Source: a virus
Lineage: Duplodnaviria; Caudoviricetes
Length of the DNA: 64,000 nt
IMG/VR virus record: IMGVR_UViG_2974666281_000001
Coordinates: 32,001 to 96,000 of that record
Direction: 5' to 3' (one strand)
Below are positions 8,553 to 18,408 of this stretch, one piece after another (the first letter of the stretch is position 1; every line of letters starts with the position of its first letter). The notes under the pieces were generated by a model that ran no database searches, was not told where the DNA came from, and worked only from the letters and a program-made list of their open reading frames with translations. A program made the translations under genes and the position numbers.

Positions 8553-10362
8553 GTTTTGTACGGTTCACCATTTCTTTGTTCTTACCTACGTTGAAGCCTC
8601 GAACTGATGGATTGCCTAGATAACCACATGTGCGTCTGACAGTATTCATTTTAGAAGGGTCTTTCTCCCCACAGTATCGACAGACGAATCCTTCTTCAGT
8701 GGGTTTCATCTCGTCATGACTACCGCATGTGAAGCATTTATCAACAGGCATATTGACACCAAAATAATCTAGCTTCTCAATAGCATAATCCCAAACAGCT
8801 TCTAAGCCCTTAAGATTATCTTTCATATTAGGCAGTTCGACATAACTAATATGACCACCTTTAGCAATATAATGATATTTTGCTTCACGGTCAATCTTCT
8901 CGAAAGGAGAAATCTTTTCTTCTACTGAAACGTGGAAACTATTAGTGTACCATCCTTTGTCAGTGACGCCTGGTACGAGCCCATGAATTTTTGTATCAAT
9001 CTTACAGAATCGATAACAAAGATTCTCTGCGGGTGTAGAATAAAGGCTAAATGCGTATCCTGTTTCTTTAGACCAAAGATTCAGGTAGTCATTTATTACA
9101 TCAAGAGTTGTTTTACCAAAGCCTTCATAAGTCAAAAGTTCTAGTTCATGAATACCGATATACCCTAATGAAATAGATGATCGGCCATTTTTAAAGATAT
9201 CAATGATTTTATCAGTAGGTTTTAAACGAACACCAAAAGCGCCTTCTTGATATAAGATTGGAGCTACTGATGCGGTGGTTTCTTCTAATGATTTAATACG
9301 CGAAATCAAAGCATCATGACAGATTTTAAGCATATCATCTAAACGATACATGAATTTAACTGAATCCATATGCCCTTCTTCTTTGATTACATCAAGAGCA
9401 ATACGTGGTAAATTCAACGTTACTACACCTAGATTATTACGCCCATCAAGGATTTCTTTGCCTTCTTCTTTATGGACTGAAAGAAAACTGCGACAACCCA
9501 TGGGAGAAACTGGAACAGATGAACCAGTGATTTTCTTATTATTCTTTACTGAGATGATGTCTGGGTACATACGTTTTGCACTACATTCTAGCGCAAGTTG
9601 CTTAATTTCATAGTTAGGGTCTTCAGGCTTAAGATTAACCCCATCTTCAATAAACATAACAAGTTTAGGGAAAACTGGAGTAATTCCGTCTCGTCCTAAT
9701 CCACGGATTCTATTTTTAAGAATAGCTTTTTGGATTAACACTTCAGGCCAAGATGTACCTGTACCAAATGTAACTGTAACAAAAGGAGTCTGACCATTTG
9801 AACTAAACAATGTGTTTACTTCATATTCGTATGCTTGAAAAGCATCGAACACATCTTTTTCGGTTTTATCGAATGCATATGGAACACATCCATAGATGTC
9901 GTATTTACGAGCATCACTGAGGTGTTTTTTATACGTGGCTTCGACATAAGGAGCAAGAACTTTATCTACATTAGCGAAAGTAGTCCCACCATATTGATGA
10001 GATGCAACTTGAGCTGTAATTTGAGCCATAATAGCAGTTGCTACACCAATTGATTTAGGTTTTTCAATTTGGGCATTACCAAGTTTGAATCCATTCTCTA
10101 ACATGCCTTTTAAATCAACAAGACAACAGTTAGTAAACGGAAGAGCAGGGCTATAATCCATATCATGAAAATGAATTAAGCCCTGCTCATGTGCAGATAA
10201 AACGTTTTTAGGCAGAACACTTTTAGCAATATGCTTTGAAGCAATACCAGCCATTAAATCTCGTTGCGTAGGAAAAACGTTGCCGTCTTTATTCGCATTT
10301 TCATTAAGAAGGTCTTTATTAGACTTATTAATGACCGAGAGAATATCTTTTTCAATTGTCAT
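8539..10362 (-). CDS. nrdD: class III anaerobic ribonucleoside-triphosphate reductase, intron-less
   Basis: NENANKD, TNCCL, PMGCRSFL, glycyl-radical motif RTCGYL. Confidence 0.98.
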   Translation of the reverse strand: MTIEKDILSVINKSNKDLLNENANKDGNVFPTQRDLMAGIASKHIAKSVLPKNVLSAHEQGLIHFHDMDYSPALPFTNCCLVDLKGMLENGFKLGNAQIEKPKSIGVATAIMAQITAQVASHQYGGTTFANVDKVLAPYVEATYKKHLSDARKYDIYGCVPYAFDKTEKDVFDAFQAYEYEVNTLFSSNGQTPFVTVTFGTGTSWPEVLIQKAILKNRIRGLGRDGITPVFPKLVMFIEDGVNLKPEDPNYEIKQLALECSAKRMYPDIISVKNNKKITGSSVPVSPMGCRSFLSVHKEEGKEILDGRNNLGVVTLNLPRIALDVIKEEGHMDSVKFMYRLDDMLKICHDALISRIKSLEETTASVAPILYQEGAFGVRLKPTDKIIDIFKNGRSSISLGYIGIHELELLTYEGFGKTTLDVINDYLNLWSKETGYAFSLYSTPAENLCYRFCKIDTKIHGLVPGVTDKGWYTNSFHVSVEEKISPFEKIDREAKYHYIAKGGHISYVELPNMKDNLKGLEAVWDYAIEKLDYFGVNMPVDKCFTCGSHDEMKPTEEGFVCRYCGEKDPSKMNTVRRTCGYLGNPSVRGFNVGKNKEMVNRTKHELR

Positions 10363-10832
10363 TTAATGCTTTTCCTAAATTGTTTCTTGTATTCTTTTAC
10401 CAAGGTAGCCTTAGAATCAGACTCTTTGAAGATGAAGCCTTGGGCTTTCATTTCAGCAATCATTTCATCTTTGCCTAATCTTGAAAACCATTTGGTTTTA
10501 TCAGTAACATAATTTGGATGGATATTATTTTTAGAATAATCGGCTTTCAGATAGGTCAGCAAACTCTCAAGCCACTCGAGGTAGTCAACATCTTGACCTT
10601 TCAAACCAGAGCGGTTGAACTTATGCTTCATTTGACCTTCTGCAGCGTTACACAGATTACACAACAACCCACGAACCTTACCGGCTTTTGGTCCATTTAA
10701 ATCGTGGTCGTGGTCAAGATGATTAGATTGAACATCTGAAGAAAGTTCTCTTTTGCAGAGAAGACATCTACCATGTTGTGCATCATAAAAGTTTTGTTTT
10801 TGTTCTTTGTACAGTTTGCCAGTTAATAACAT
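10359..10832 (-). CDS. 49: recombination endonuclease VII
   Basis: CLLC...HLDHDH...VRGLLCNLCN. Confidence 0.98.
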   Translation of the reverse strand: MLLTGKLYKEQKQNFYDAQHGRCLLCKRELSSDVQSNHLDHDHDLNGPKAGKVRGLLCNLCNAAEGQMKHKFNRSGLKGQDVDYLEWLESLLTYLKADYSKNNIHPNYVTDKTKWFSRLGKDEMIAEMKAQGFIFKESDSKATLVKEYKKQFRKSIK

Positions 10833-10866
10833 AAGTTCACCTCAATATAAGATGAACTTATTTATG
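10831..10866 (-). promoter_or_regulatory. late promoter plus RBS-sequestering hairpin of gene 49
   Basis: CATAAATA overlapping stem ATAAGTTCATCT/AGGTGAACTTAT, which covers the RBS; same arrangement as T4 gene 49. Confidence 0.85.
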
Positions 10867-11169
10867 TTACTTAATCAAAAGAAAGATTGGGTCTTCACAT
10901 TTAGAACAGCCATCAATATGAGAATCAGTGAACAGCGCCCAACGTTCTTCTACGTCTTTGACGTCAATAATGATATTGAGCTTATCAATTAGAACACGCT
11001 GTGCACCAAAATAAGCCCCACCAGGCACGTCTTCAAAACGTCCAGCAATAATAGTTAGTTCATCACCAGGCTCGATATACTTGTTTAACAAGTTATATGA
11101 GGCTTCAAGTCTTTTACGAGCAGTATATGTATTGAAGACTGGTGTTACAAGAATTTTACTTCCGTTCAT
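10867..11169 (-). CDS. hypothetical protein
   Basis: 100-aa ORF coupled to pin. Confidence 0.7.
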   Translation of the reverse strand: MNGSKILVTPVFNTYTARKRLEASYNLLNKYIEPGDELTIIAGRFEDVPGGAYFGAQRVLIDKLNIIIDVKDVEERWALFTDSHIDGCSKCEDPIFLLIK

Positions 11170-11608
11170 TTACGATACCTTCTAAGTAAGTGATGTATTC
11201 TGCAGCTTTCTGCATAGTATCATACTCTTCAGAGTCACAATTCTCTTGTGCTGCAAAAGAACTTAGAGCAAGAGTAAGAGGAACGATTCTACCACCGAAA
11301 TGATTCAGCTTAATTTCATTACGTGCTGCAATAGGATCGCCCGAACCGATTTCTTCAAGTTCTGTATCAATTGATTCATTGAACCAAAAGCACCAGAACC
11401 AACTGTTAGGATTATCTTTGATTGTGATAAATTTACCAGTCTTTAAGCAAATGACACCTGTGATAGCATCAGAACATCCACGATTTTCTTTGTCATCGCT
11501 GATAACTTGAAATTTGAATCCCTTAACAAGTTCAGGGAACTGAGTGATAAGTTCCGGGTCTTCTTTTACTACTTTAAATTGTTTGCCAATCAAAGTGCGG
11601 AGTTCCAT
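11156..11608 (-). CDS. pin: Pin, inhibitor of host Lon protease
   Basis: FPEL..GFKF...FWCFW..ES...FAAQEN.D..E...MQKAAEYI..LE resembles T4 Pin; synteny. Confidence 0.85.
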   Translation of the reverse strand: MELRTLIGKQFKVVKEDPELITQFPELVKGFKFQVISDDKENRGCSDAITGVICLKTGKFITIKDNPNSWFWCFWFNESIDTELEEIGSGDPIAARNEIKLNHFGGRIVPLTLALSSFAAQENCDSEEYDTMQKAAEYITYLEGIVNERK

Positions 11609-11738
11609 AGCGATCCTCATAATCTAAAAGTTCATTTTCACTAGGGTCATCATATACTGGGTTTTCTTCAGCAAAGTTCTCCTCTGGCTCGACAGTTTCC
11701 CACCGCGCCGCATACCATGGTTTTAAAGCGTAATCCAT
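11574..11738 (-). CDS. 49.1: gp49.1-like protein (54 aa, not in ORF track)
   Basis: MDYALKPWYAARWETVEPEE... Confidence 0.8.
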   Translation of the reverse strand: MDYALKPWYAARWETVEPEENFAEENPVYDDPSENELLDYEDRYGTPHFDWQTI

Positions 11739-12025
11739 TCTGTTATGGTCTTTGTCACTTCTCGCTGGCGTTTTTCGACCAAGCTTACTTCTGGTTCACT
11801 GTAGTACCAATCGCTATGATATGAACCAGATCGGGTCTCATTTACGGCTACATGCACATTATGCTTTGTAGACCAATAAACAACTTGTCTGTATTGGTAC
11901 TTGTGGTTCTGAGTCCACTCTTCTGCTTCGTCTACGTCCAAATAATCAGAATCTTCAAAATCGTAATACTCAGAACGCCCATTATGGTCATCTAAGATTT
12001 CGTTCAGAATTTCTACATTAGTCAT
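11723..12025 (-). CDS. 49.2: gp49.2-like protein
   Basis: WTQNHKYQYRQVVY...RSGSYHSDWYY. Confidence 0.85.
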   Translation of the reverse strand: MTNVEILNEILDDHNGRSEYYDFEDSDYLDVDEAEEWTQNHKYQYRQVVYWSTKHNVHVAVNETRSGSYHSDWYYSEPEVSLVEKRQREVTKTITEWITL

Positions 12026-12212
12026 TTAGTTTTACCATACAATGGCCGTATTTCCACTTACTCATGACCTTATGTCCGTTAGTATAAGTGACTTCGACAA
12101 TTGCTTTATGATTTTTAATTTTCATGATTACGCCTGTTTCAAGCGAACCATACCCATAATAAATGGCGACTGTGTCACCAACATTTAAAAGAGAACCACG
12201 ATAGTCGTTCAT
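12018..12212 (-). CDS. hypothetical protein (SH3/KOW-like)
   Basis: DYRGSLLNVGDTVAI pattern. Confidence 0.7.
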   Translation of the reverse strand: MNDYRGSLLNVGDTVAIYYGYGSLETGVIMKIKNHKAIVEVTYTNGHKVMSKWKYGHCMVKLND

Positions 12213-12365
12213 TTAACCTCGAAGCTTTTGAAGCTCTTCGTCATCAATCCATGACTCAAGACCTGATGGTAAAGCACATTCCACTTCCCACAGCAGTTCT
12301 TCAATCTTTTGAAGGCGTTCTAGTTCGTCAAGTTTAATGAGTACTTCTTTATCTGTAACAATCAT
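12213..12365 (-). CDS. hypothetical protein (50 aa, not in ORF track)
   Basis: MIVTDKEVLIKLDELERLQKIEELLWEVECALPSGLESWIDDEELQKLRG fills the gap exactly. Confidence 0.7.
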   Translation of the reverse strand: MIVTDKEVLIKLDELERLQKIEELLWEVECALPSGLESWIDDEELQKLRG

Positions 12366-12662
12366 TTATTCACCTTGATAGTTTTTATCATCACACCAAC
12401 TACAGTCTACCTGGAAATCAGGTTCACCATATTCCCAACGATGTCCTACAACATTATCGTTTACATCATATTCTTCTTCAATCCCTACATAAGACCATTG
12501 GATTGTATGAAGTTCTTTACCTTGAAGGATTTTAGATTCGCCCCATTGATTATTAAAAGCAAAAGAAGGATTATCTTTTGCTCGTTGAATCATGTGGTCA
12601 GTGAAGGTAGATTCTAAATCTACCTGGTCACCAGCGACTATAACTAAATCGATTTTAATCAT
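12366..12662 (-). CDS. gp49.3-like hypothetical protein
   Basis: WSYVG..EEYDV...WEYGEPDF. Confidence 0.7.
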   Translation of the reverse strand: MIKIDLVIVAGDQVDLESTFTDHMIQRAKDNPSFAFNNQWGESKILQGKELHTIQWSYVGIEEEYDVNDNVVGHRWEYGEPDFQVDCSWCDDKNYQGE

Positions 12663-12822
12663 CTTTAAAGTTCCAGAATGAAGCTACTACAAGCCATAAA
12701 GGCCAGAAGACTAACGACAAAACACACATACCGAAATCATTCTCTTTAATAAGAGATGTCAACGTTTTAGTATAGCCAATACCCATAATAATATAAGCAG
12801 CTAAACAAACACCTTCAACCAT
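12655..12822 (-). CDS. small two-TM membrane protein (55 aa, not in ORF track)
   Basis: MVEGVCLAAYIIMGIGY...LSLVFWPLWLVVASFW; RBS GAGG. Confidence 0.7.
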   Translation of the reverse strand: MVEGVCLAAYIIMGIGYTKTLTSLIKENDFGMCVLSLVFWPLWLVVASFWNFKDD

Positions 12823-12944
12823 GAATCTTTCCTCGCATCACATCGTTAACTTTAGCTGCATGATTGATAAACTCACGAAGCTGTTGATGAGTCATTTTAC
12901 TCTCGATACGTTTTAAGCGAACGCCGTCACGAGGACGGCGTCTT

Positions 12945-13220
12945 TTATTTGAGGTATTCTCTGAGTTCTGTGAATCCACCAATTGCTGCACCTTTTGGGT
13001 CGAAGATTTGTGGCATTGACAGACCAGACTGTGAAGGGCGATTCAGTCGCACCAACAGTTCAGAAATAACTTCAGGGTCAAACAGAGGACCGTCAGGGCC
13101 TTTACCACTCACAACTGAGATAAACTTATATGGAATTTTCTTTGCGGCCAGGAGACGTTTAGCATTGATACATGGGACGCATTTATGGATGCTTTCGTCG
13201 TAACCAAAAATCGTGTACAT
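12945..13220 (-). CDS. nrdC: phage glutaredoxin/thioredoxin NrdC
   Basis: GYDESIHKCVPCINAKRLL...LSMPQIF...IGGF. Confidence 0.95.
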   Translation of the reverse strand: MYTIFGYDESIHKCVPCINAKRLLAAKKIPYKFISVVSGKGPDGPLFDPEVISELLVRLNRPSQSGLSMPQIFDPKGAAIGGFTELREYLK

Positions 13221-13485
13221 CTTGTTCTAATTCCTTAATAGTATCAGCCAATCCGGCTTTAAAATCTTGATGGTTCTGGATATCCCAGAGACCTTTAGGC
13301 GATTGAACTCGTCTATGGACATCACTCATAATCATTTCATAAGCAGCGTTTCTAGCCATAGTACAAGTACGCTTAATTTGAGAGGAGTTTGGGAATTCCC
13401 CAGATTCTTTATAATAACTTACTAGTAGCTCAAGCATCAAACGCTCGGCTACGTTTAGATATTCTTTACGCTTCGCTTTTGCCAC
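13183..13485 (-). CDS. hypothetical protein
   Basis: 100-aa ORF in a coupled run. Confidence 0.75.
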   Translation of the reverse strand: MAKAKRKEYLNVAERLMLELLVSYYKESGEFPNSSQIKRTCTMARNAAYEMIMSDVHRRVQSPKGLWDIQNHQDFKAGLADTIKELEQDVHDFWLRRKHP

Positions 13486-13795
13486 GGAATTTCTCCAGAC
13501 GAGCTAAAGTTTCTTTATAGACTTCGTGAGCAGCTACGGCAACCATCTCAGATTCAGGTAAATTGATGTCTTTAGACTTCATTACATTCACACGGTGGAA
13601 TACGCCTGCGGCCATCATCACACGATTCATTTCCATAATAGAACCCATATAATCTTTAACATGAGTTGTATCGACACCATCTTCATAAGCAGCCATTAAG
13701 AGGTCTAATGAAGCCTTTTCAAAAGCAATAGCTTTTTCAGACATCCACTTAATGAATTCAGGTGTGTTATTTCCTGCTAAAGTTTTAGTTTGCAT
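13466..13795 (-). CDS. hypothetical protein
   Basis: 109-aa ORF in a coupled run. Confidence 0.75.
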   Translation of the reverse strand: MQTKTLAGNNTPEFIKWMSEKAIAFEKASLDLLMAAYEDGVDTTHVKDYMGSIMEMNRVMMAAGVFHRVNVMKSKDINLPESEMVAVAAHEVYKETLARLEKFRGKSEA

Positions 13796-14300
13796 CTTTT
13801 ACCTCAGGAAAAACCTGATTGATACGAGCCTTAATAGCTTCGTCAAGAATAGAAGTCCATGCATTATTGATACGAGCACGAATCAGTTCGTCGATTTTAT
13901 GCTCATTCATTTTGATAACACGGTCGATTTGTGCTTCAAGCTTTTTATTAGCTCGTTGAGTTTGGTCATGAAGGAAGTTCTGAATGGCATTAGATGCAAC
14001 TTTCTCTGCTTCTTCACGAATTTTTTCACGAACTAATTGAGTTGACTCAATACCAGACCAACCTTTATCTTTCAGCAATTTGTCCATCTGGTTTTTAACT
14101 TCTTCTTTAACAGAAGGCAAATCAACAGGATGATTCTGGATTTCTTCTTGAATCAAAGTAGACACACGATTCCGAGTATCTTTCAGAATCAGGTCTTTAG
14201 TGATGTTTTGAATAACTGAACGACGAAGTTGAGCGTGAGCTTCAGTACCTTCAGGGAACAGTTGGCGCACAGCGTGTGTATCTAAAGACATGCTAATCAT
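13785..14300 (-). CDS. hypothetical coiled-coil protein
   Basis: 171 aa, helical; RBS GAGG. Confidence 0.8.
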   Translation of the reverse strand: MISMSLDTHAVRQLFPEGTEAHAQLRRSVIQNITKDLILKDTRNRVSTLIQEEIQNHPVDLPSVKEEVKNQMDKLLKDKGWSGIESTQLVREKIREEAEKVASNAIQNFLHDQTQRANKKLEAQIDRVIKMNEHKIDELIRARINNAWTSILDEAIKARINQVFPEVKDAN

Positions 14301-14302
14301 TT

Positions 14303-14527
14303 TTAATCCTCGAAATTAATATGAATATCAGTACGACCTACTTTACTCATAATAAAGTTAAGCAAATCGCCTTCGTTAAAGCTATCACTATTACAGCATG
14401 AAGCATATGGGCGCAGGTCATCGTATTCTACGCCGTCAATAGTAACTAGATAGCCATCGGCTGAGTTCCAACAACCTAAATCACAATCGCCTGATTCAGC
14501 GTAAATCTTTTTAACTTCAATATTCAT
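14303..14527 (-). CDS. hypothetical Cys-containing protein
   Basis: DCDLGCW...ASCC. Confidence 0.75.
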   Translation of the reverse strand: MNIEVKKIYAESGDCDLGCWNSADGYLVTIDGVEYDDLRPYASCCNSDSFNEGDLLNFIMSKVGRTDIHINFED

Positions 14528-14760
14528 TTTAATTCCTTCTCAAATTTATGCTTACAATGACGACATTTCATTTTTAATACATCAGTTCGCCAATCAACCA
14601 ATTGTACTTGCATACTATCACATTCTGGGCATGGAGACACTTGCTTACAGGCGTTTTCGCGCCTGTCTACCATTTCCATACAAGCTTTCCAGTCGATTTC
14701 AAATACTTCTTCATCACCAGAAGATTCGAGATTATCAATGAGTTGTTGTGTTCTAGCCAA
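14524..14760 (-). CDS. zinc-ribbon protein
   Basis: CPECDSMQVQL...KCRHCKHKF. Confidence 0.8.
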   Translation of the reverse strand: MARTQQLIDNLESSGDEEVFEIDWKACMEMVDRRENACKQVSPCPECDSMQVQLVDWRTDVLKMKCRHCKHKFEKELK

Positions 14761-15793
14761 TTAACACCTCGATAGCTTTCTTAAGCACATCACGTTGAGT
14801 CATAAGATTAACATCTTGCTTCGCAAGAGCTTGCAGACGTTTTTCAATTTCAATACGTTCTGCCCCATTTGCTTCTAATTGAGCATCAATCACATGAATT
14901 GAATCACGAAGCTGGTTAGCATGATGAATCTCAATTTTGGTTTCTAACGGTTCAAATGTCTGCATTTTTGTCAATGGCACCAAATAGCTAGTTTTAGGGA
15001 GATTCTCGTAAACACTTTCTTTAACATGAAGACCTTTGGCCTTATGATTCGGACGCAGAATAAACTCAGCTTGTGAAGAAGAGATAGTTTTCATTTCAAC
15101 GTCAGCAATGAAATCCATCTGATTAAATGCTGCATTCAGTTGTTCTTTAAAACGGTCACGAATACGAGTCAAATTAAAATCAGTCTCTAGTACTGGCGAA
15201 CGAGCTTGAATATGAACACGGATCACTTCATTATCTACTGTTGTTAAAGTAACTGAAGTGATTTTGCTTCCAGGTCGATTCCCATTTTGAGAATAATGGT
15301 ACTTCTGACGAAGGTCACCAGGAAGAAGTTTAGCGCCTTGAGTTAGAACCCAATCAAGCTTCAGTGCTAAATTAGTTCGAACCTTAGCAGCAAAACTCAT
15401 CGAATGATCAACTGTGCCAGTGTTTCGAACATAATAACCACTACTGGTAATATCTTCTAAAGGCATTTCTTTTAATTTCGCTTGAGCTTTAATAGCGCCA
15501 GCAGCACGTGAACGACGTAATGCAATGTAAAAATCTTCTGCATTAAGGCTCATAGAATGGAACTTGATTTTTGCTTTAAACGGATGGATAACAGGGAAAT
15601 CTTCAGCCACTTTATTGACAAATGAAGCTCCAATAAATGTCATAGCTGTAGGAGTCACAGGACGGAATACCGTATCCATATTAGCATCAAATGGATATTC
15701 AATTTTAATGTATTTCGCCATGTCACCACGGAGAATATCACGGAGGGTGTTCAATACGTATTTGCGCAGTTCTTTATCAGTCTTAATAATCAT
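14753..15793 (-). CDS. NrdC.3-NrdC.6 family hypothetical protein with C-terminal coiled coil
   Basis: FKEQLNAAFNQMD and HANQLRDSI..ID...QRDVLKKAIEVL resemble this T4 paralog family. Confidence 0.7.
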   Translation of the reverse strand: MIIKTDKELRKYVLNTLRDILRGDMAKYIKIEYPFDANMDTVFRPVTPTAMTFIGASFVNKVAEDFPVIHPFKAKIKFHSMSLNAEDFYIALRRSRAAGAIKAQAKLKEMPLEDITSSGYYVRNTGTVDHSMSFAAKVRTNLALKLDWVLTQGAKLLPGDLRQKYHYSQNGNRPGSKITSVTLTTVDNEVIRVHIQARSPVLETDFNLTRIRDRFKEQLNAAFNQMDFIADVEMKTISSSQAEFILRPNHKAKGLHVKESVYENLPKTSYLVPLTKMQTFEPLETKIEIHHANQLRDSIHVIDAQLEANGAERIEIEKRLQALAKQDVNLMTQRDVLKKAIEVLIG

Positions 15794-15866
15794 TTTCTCA
15801 CCTTCTGGCAGAGCCAGGTTCTTTTATCGCCGGATTAAATAGGATGTTTTGGAAAGTCCTTGATTC

Positions 15867-15894
15867 ATTATACCAACGACTTTCCTAAAGCAAT
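15867..15894 (-). promoter_or_regulatory. middle promoter
   Basis: ATTGCTTTA-N13-TATAAT. Confidence 0.88.
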
Positions 15895-16667
15895 TATTCT
15901 TCAATAGTTACTGAAGAAGGGCGTTTGAAGAAAGAATGAGTTGAATCATCTTTAGCATGTTCAAACGTAGCTTTGAATTCGATTTCACCACGATAATCAG
16001 CAGGAACTGCCTTTGGCAGAGAACCATAAACCGTGGAACCATTTTCTAAACGAACTGTCATTTTAAAGACAGGGCCGTAATCACCCATCCAATCTTTAAC
16101 AGAGACAACGCGTCCTTTAACTGTCAATTTACCCATAGGGGCTTCACCTTTGTCGGCATTTAGTGTGGTATAATAATCATCAAACCACTTCTGAGAAAAC
16201 TCCTGAATAGCTTTCAGGATGGTTTTGTGTGCACGAACTTCGACCATACCAACTCGAGTTTTACCAAGGTCCCAAAGTTTATAAGGCTTTTTCATTTCGA
16301 TATACTCAAAAGCTTTAAGCTCTAAGTACATATCAAAAGTCAAACGAAGCTTCCACCAGCCATGGTCTCCTGTGTACTCAGGCTTGTCCATTTGCTCAAG
16401 TTCAGTGGTATATGGAAGATAACTACCAGCGTGATATGCTTCTACTTCACCTAATTCATTTTCCCACAAGTACCCATCGAAAGGAGCATGTGGACGATCA
16501 TCTTTACCCCAGGTAGGAGCAACAACTTTATCAAATCCTTCACGACCGTAGCGGGTCTTGACCCATCCAGCATTCAACTCACATGCGCGTTCTTCAACTT
16601 TCGCACGGTGCGCTCGGTAAGCGTTACGATTTTCTTCAATAATGTTTGTGATGATTTCGTTTAACAT
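15894..16667 (-). CDS. early hypothetical protein with C-terminal OB-fold-like domain
   Basis: LTVKGRVVSVK...FKMTVRLENGSTVYGSLP...IEFKATF; RBS GGAG. Confidence 0.75.
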   Translation of the reverse strand: MLNEIITNIIEENRNAYRAHRAKVEERACELNAGWVKTRYGREGFDKVVAPTWGKDDRPHAPFDGYLWENELGEVEAYHAGSYLPYTTELEQMDKPEYTGDHGWWKLRLTFDMYLELKAFEYIEMKKPYKLWDLGKTRVGMVEVRAHKTILKAIQEFSQKWFDDYYTTLNADKGEAPMGKLTVKGRVVSVKDWMGDYGPVFKMTVRLENGSTVYGSLPKAVPADYRGEIEFKATFEHAKDDSTHSFFKRPSSVTIEE

Positions 16668-16695
16668 TTTGATTCTCCGTTGTTGGTGTAGGAGC

Positions 16696-16725
16696 ATAAT
16701 ACCACGTTCCTACACCGTTGTAAAC
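16696..16725 (-). promoter_or_regulatory. early promoter with stem-loop
   Basis: GTTTACA-N17-TATTAT; inverted repeat GGTGTAGGA/TCCTACACC. Confidence 0.9.
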
Positions 16726-16913
16726 TACTTCGTGTTAATGATGTATACTATCCACACAGGCCAAAACAAGATAATCAAAATGTTCTTAGGCAGCCGCTCT
16801 ATTGCGCTCTTGCCTTTGACCCATCCTGAAGTTACAGCAGCTACCAGAAGCCCACTTATCATCCATGAGAGTGGAAACACAACATAAAGTAAAGCCATAG
16901 CTAAAGGAGTCAT
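16725..16913 (-). CDS. small membrane protein
   Basis: Two hydrophobic segments, ILFWPVWI. Confidence 0.75.
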   Translation of the reverse strand: MTPLAMALLYVVFPLSWMISGLLVAAVTSGWVKGKSAIERLPKNILIILFWPVWIVYIINTK

Positions 16914-17281
16914 TAGTAAAAAGTCCTGTTAGAAGGTTCGCCTGTAAACCAGGCTGAAGTTGAAATAGCTCGGGCCTGTTCAGCTAAGTCAAAAGATACA
17001 TTGATACCAATCTTTTCAAGCTTCCAGTCTGTAGCAGCTTCAATCTGAGCCTTATCCATCTCTATAAGGTCTTGCGCTTTACATTTAAGCTTAAAGCGTT
17101 TTAGCTCAGGAGTCAGTTCGCCTGATTCGGTTTGAAGACGTTCTTCATCCATGATAACATCAGTAATCAATCTTTCATTATCATATTTCACAATAGCTTT
17201 GTTCATTGCCAGACAGAATTTTTGTTTAGCTCCCTTGAGAGCTTCAACTTTTTCTTTAATGAGGATATCAGCAATGTTCAT
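16913..17281 (-). CDS. hypothetical protein
   Basis: 122 aa, TAATG-coupled. Confidence 0.75.
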   Translation of the reverse strand: MNIADILIKEKVEALKGAKQKFCLAMNKAIVKYDNERLITDVIMDEERLQTESGELTPELKRFKLKCKAQDLIEMDKAQIEAATDWKLEKIGINVSFDLAEQARAISTSAWFTGEPSNRTFY

Positions 17282-17451
17282 TACCAGTCCTTTTGTGGAA
17301 GTGGGATGTCATCAGCCCAGATAGATGCCGTAGTTATTTCTTCACCTTCAAGCCAGAGTTCAATACGTAAAGTTGAATCTTTATAGCTTGGTGGCACGAC
17401 GTTTAAGCTTAAATTTTCTTTTAGATAATCTTTCAATTCTTCTTTAGTCAT
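17281..17451 (-). CDS. hypothetical protein (56 aa, not in ORF track)
   Basis: MTKEELKDYLKENLSLNV...LRIELWLEGEEIT. Confidence 0.7.
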   Translation of the reverse strand: MTKEELKDYLKENLSLNVVPPSYKDSTLRIELWLEGEEITTASIWADDIPLPQKDW

Positions 17452-17926
17452 CTGAAACCTCTTTAGGTTGATACTTTAATTGTAATATATCATGGACTTT
17501 AATAGCTTCTACGTAAATCGTTGGAATAGTGAAGTCATAAACCCATTGAACAATTTCTTTATCTTTCAAAGCCCAAGGTTTATAATAAGCCCAGACATCT
17601 TGGTGTTGTTTAAAGACTGAGTCCATTTCACGACGTGCTTCACGAGCCCAATAAAGAAATGTACCAATAACTTGAGCCCAATATTCAGGACAAATAGACA
17701 TATGAGATGGACCAGATTGTTCCATTTTCTCAGTGATAATAAGTTCTCGCCAGGCGCTCCTGAGCTCACCCAGGGTGTTTGGTTTTGTACCGTGATTAAA
17801 CTTATACAGCTCTTCACAAATACGTACAGCCGCTTTCTCTTGCTTTCCTTGTGGCTTTCCTGCATAGATATGAGCCGGAGGATAGATGCTAGTGTTTTGA
17901 ACCCAGTTGTTCATTAAGATAGACAT
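17444..17926 (-). CDS. conserved T-even hypothetical protein
   Basis: YPPAHIYAGKP...ICEELYKFN...HMSICP. Confidence 0.75.
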   Translation of the reverse strand: MSILMNNWVQNTSIYPPAHIYAGKPQGKQEKAAVRICEELYKFNHGTKPNTLGELRSAWRELIITEKMEQSGPSHMSICPEYWAQVIGTFLYWAREARREMDSVFKQHQDVWAYYKPWALKDKEIVQWVYDFTIPTIYVEAIKVHDILQLKYQPKEVSDD

Positions 17927-18408
17927 GTTTTCACCGTTTCTTTAGATGGAACGCCATTACCATTATCAGAATACTTACGTTGCATAATAAAATCATATGG
18001 GTCATCAATATCATAACGCATCCAGAATACACCCATATTGATATTATGAGGAGCATTACCAGAAGAACCAGTAGCACGTCCTACATCGCGGCGAGAATAA
18101 CGATGATGCCCATGTTGGTCATACGCTGTTTCATATGAAGTGCCAGCTCCAGTGATACCTTCAATAATGATTTCTTCGCCGCCATTAGTAATGAATTTAG
18201 AGCCTTTAGTGAAGTACGACGGGTTACCATTTTTAGAAGAAACCATTACAATAACATCTTCGATATTCTGGTCATCGTTATACGTTCCAAGATGCCATAC
18301 TGCTTGGAACTCATTTTCAGCTTCAACCGTTGATACACGAAACTTTTCGTCCCAAATACCATTTACAAATCTTTTGAATTTGATTTCGTATTTCACTAAA
18401 GCACTCAT
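17914..18408 (-). CDS. hypothetical protein
   Basis: 164 aa, GHHRYSRRDVGRATGS. Confidence 0.75.
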   Translation of the reverse strand: MSALVKYEIKFKRFVNGIWDEKFRVSTVEAENEFQAVWHLGTYNDDQNIEDVIVMVSSKNGNPSYFTKGSKFITNGGEEIIIEGITGAGTSYETAYDQHGHHRYSRRDVGRATGSSGNAPHNINMGVFWMRYDIDDPYDFIMQRKYSDNGNGVPSKETVKTCLS

